Assembly: GCA_964270895.1 (NCBI GenBank)
Contig: OZ185445.1
Origin: Podarcis filfolensis
Lineage: Eukaryota
Direction: 5' to 3' (one strand)
Length of the DNA: 64,000 nucleotides
Shown: positions 61,920 through 64,000 of the stretch, piece after piece
Layout of the letters: each line of letters begins with the position of its first letter
Position numbering within the stretch: the first letter of the stretch is position 1
Notes under the pieces: model-generated
Seen by the model: the letters and a program-made list of their open reading frames with translations, nothing else
Told to the model about the DNA's origin: nothing
Database searches by the model: none
Made by a program: the position numbers and the translations under genes

Positions 61920-63130
61920 AACACGTTATCTTATTCATTAAACCCTCTACCACATTTTTCTCAGCTCTTTGTCCAAACCAAGAAGCAAACCTTCCAATAT
62001 TCTGTCAGCAACATTAGCTTTCAATACAATACATTATGCATCATTCTCACAGTACTTTTAAATAACCTGCAAAAATACTGCTGCTGCATTTTGTGGGATT
62101 TCATAGCCAATTGTTTCTCTTATAATTCTTCAAACACTTCTCCGTCATAATTTTTCATCCTCCTACAGCTCTGCCATATATGAAAGAAGTTGGCATACAA
62201 ATTGATTTCTGAGACCAATGAGCTCATGCTTTGAAAAAAAGCTGCACTGCAGGTTTTTTTTTAAAAGGCCTTTAAATTAGTTTCTGCAGCACAATCAGCA
62301 GCCAAACAATCCCTTTATCTGTAGAAAACACAAACAAATATACAAATTAGAGGAAGAAATTGCAGTTCGTTGCAAATTTATAATCGTAACAGTTTGTTTT
62401 GGCATCCTGCTTCTTTCCCCCACCAAGTCACTTGAGTCTAACACTGTTAAGAGCAAACTCACAACTCAAGTGTGCAACTATATATCTTAGTACTCACTGA
62501 ACCCGGATTTTCTCTTCTGACAATTGGCTGAAGCTGATATTTGTATGCATGTATCATTCTAACACAAAATTCGCAGAGCAATGTTATTCAGCGAATGGTT
62601 TTCAGAACACTCCACATATATCAGTTCTGACTGTTCAGGTGGGGTGCCCGGATTTTTATTTTTCTCCAAAGGAAAGGACACTAGTTTAGTGACTATCTTT
62701 GCAACACTGTAGATGAATCTTAACATAGAAAAATAAAAATCTAGACACTTGCGCAATTGATTGTAGACTTAGATGTGCTCTACACCTATGTGAATGTTTT
62801 ATTGATAGTGTTATTGATTGTTTATGAATTTTCCATGTTGATCTACAACTCTGGATCTTGTATCATGTACAGTTTTTGCTCTGTTATGACCTGTGTTCAG
62901 TACAAAGTCAATTACAGCTATTTTCCTCCAAAGACCAATTGTTTGCTGTAGGTCTTACCCCAAGGTTGATGCGGATTTTCAGCAGGCCTGTGTAGGCAAA
63001 CTAATAGGTGAATCACAAACAGGGAATCTGGGCCTAGCATTAGGCAGGGTTGGCAATGCCATTAGGTAGAGGGAGGTGGCATTCTCAGGCAGCTAGTTTT
63101 GGTTATGCAAATAATCCAGTATGTGGCAGC

Positions 63131-63309
63131 TAGACTGGTGACTGGGAGTGGCCCCCGAGACGATGTAACACCAGTCCTGAAAGACCTACATTGGTTCCCA
63201 GGGCATTTCTGAGCACAATTCAAAGTGTTGGTGCTGACCTTTAAAGCCCTAAATGGCCTTGGCCCAGTGTACCTGAAGGAGCGTCTCCACCCCACCGTTC
63301 AGCCCGGCC
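63131..63309 (+). mobile_element. L2-type LINE internal fragment
   Basis: RLVTG...VTPVLKDLHW...AQFKVLVLTFKALNGLGPVYLKERL. Confidence 0.85.
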
Positions 63310-64000
63310 ACAAAATATAGACTACACAAAATATAGACTATGAAATAATATTCAGTTCTAAATGTTGACAATAGGATCCATGGAGGGGGTGGGGGGAAGT
63401 CTCGAGATTCAGAGTAATCTCTACATATGGATATGCATTTGGACTGTTATATTTGTAAAATCAAATAAAAATGATTTCAAAAAAAGTGCCATGACTTTTG
63501 CACACCCCCCACCCCCAAATAATAATAATAATTTTTCCTCACTACCACAAAGGTCCTGTGAAGGTGGAGGGAGATATTTGGGCCTGTACTAATTGGAAGA
63601 AACTCTTTCTCTTGCATACCTTGTCACATTGATGTTAAAAACAAGGTGTTGTTTCTGCTCGAATTACTGTTACAATTTCGATGACATCATTTTCGTCAGT
63701 GTAAACTGACAATGACTTAAAGAGCACAGGAAGTTGGTTAATGGCGTTTGTGGCAAAGGGAGAAAAATGGCCGCAGGCAGATTAAAGTGCTGCCTTGTAC
63801 AAAGGCTGCAAATGGCCCTCTCTGGTTTAGCAGGTGAAAGAGAGGGGAGGGGACTTCAAATAGGAAAACTGTTTCTAGCAACATTCCTCCAGTGGGAACA
63901 GCTTTTTTTTGCTTGGCTGGCCACACCAATAAAACCTGTCAAGGAAACCGGGCAGGATTGCAAAACCTCACATGTATTCTAGCCTTAGCAATGAAAGACA

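Overview
Vertebrate genomic DNA, almost certainly a squamate and probably a lacertid lizard (Sauria SINEs, Bov-B/RTE, L2, CR1, L1, mariner and hAT MITEs). The only protein-coding gene I can support is the 5' end of CHD1 on the minus strand: coding exons 8754-8806 (start codon, MNGHSDEESARNSSGES) and 35-236 (Ser/Gly/Asp-rich N-terminus ending [13 protein letters not shown]). These join in frame across a 200-N scaffold gap. CHD1 has a CpG-island promoter at about 9950-11620 and continues beyond the left edge. The ~52 kb upstream has no recognisable coding gene and is a mosaic of transposon remnants, solo LTRs and repeat-free stretches that look regulatory. Best leads: (1) a Penelope-type inverted-repeat insertion in CHD1 intron 2 with an apparently intact minimal hammerhead ribozyme; (2) a 1.1-kb full-length, non-coding, poly(A)-tailed L1-type element whose 5' end carries CTCF and YY1 motifs; (3) a start-stop element and a short uORF in the CHD1 leader, with three strong alternative donors; (4) possible exons of a divergent lncRNA. 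All family names come from pattern recognition, not database searches.
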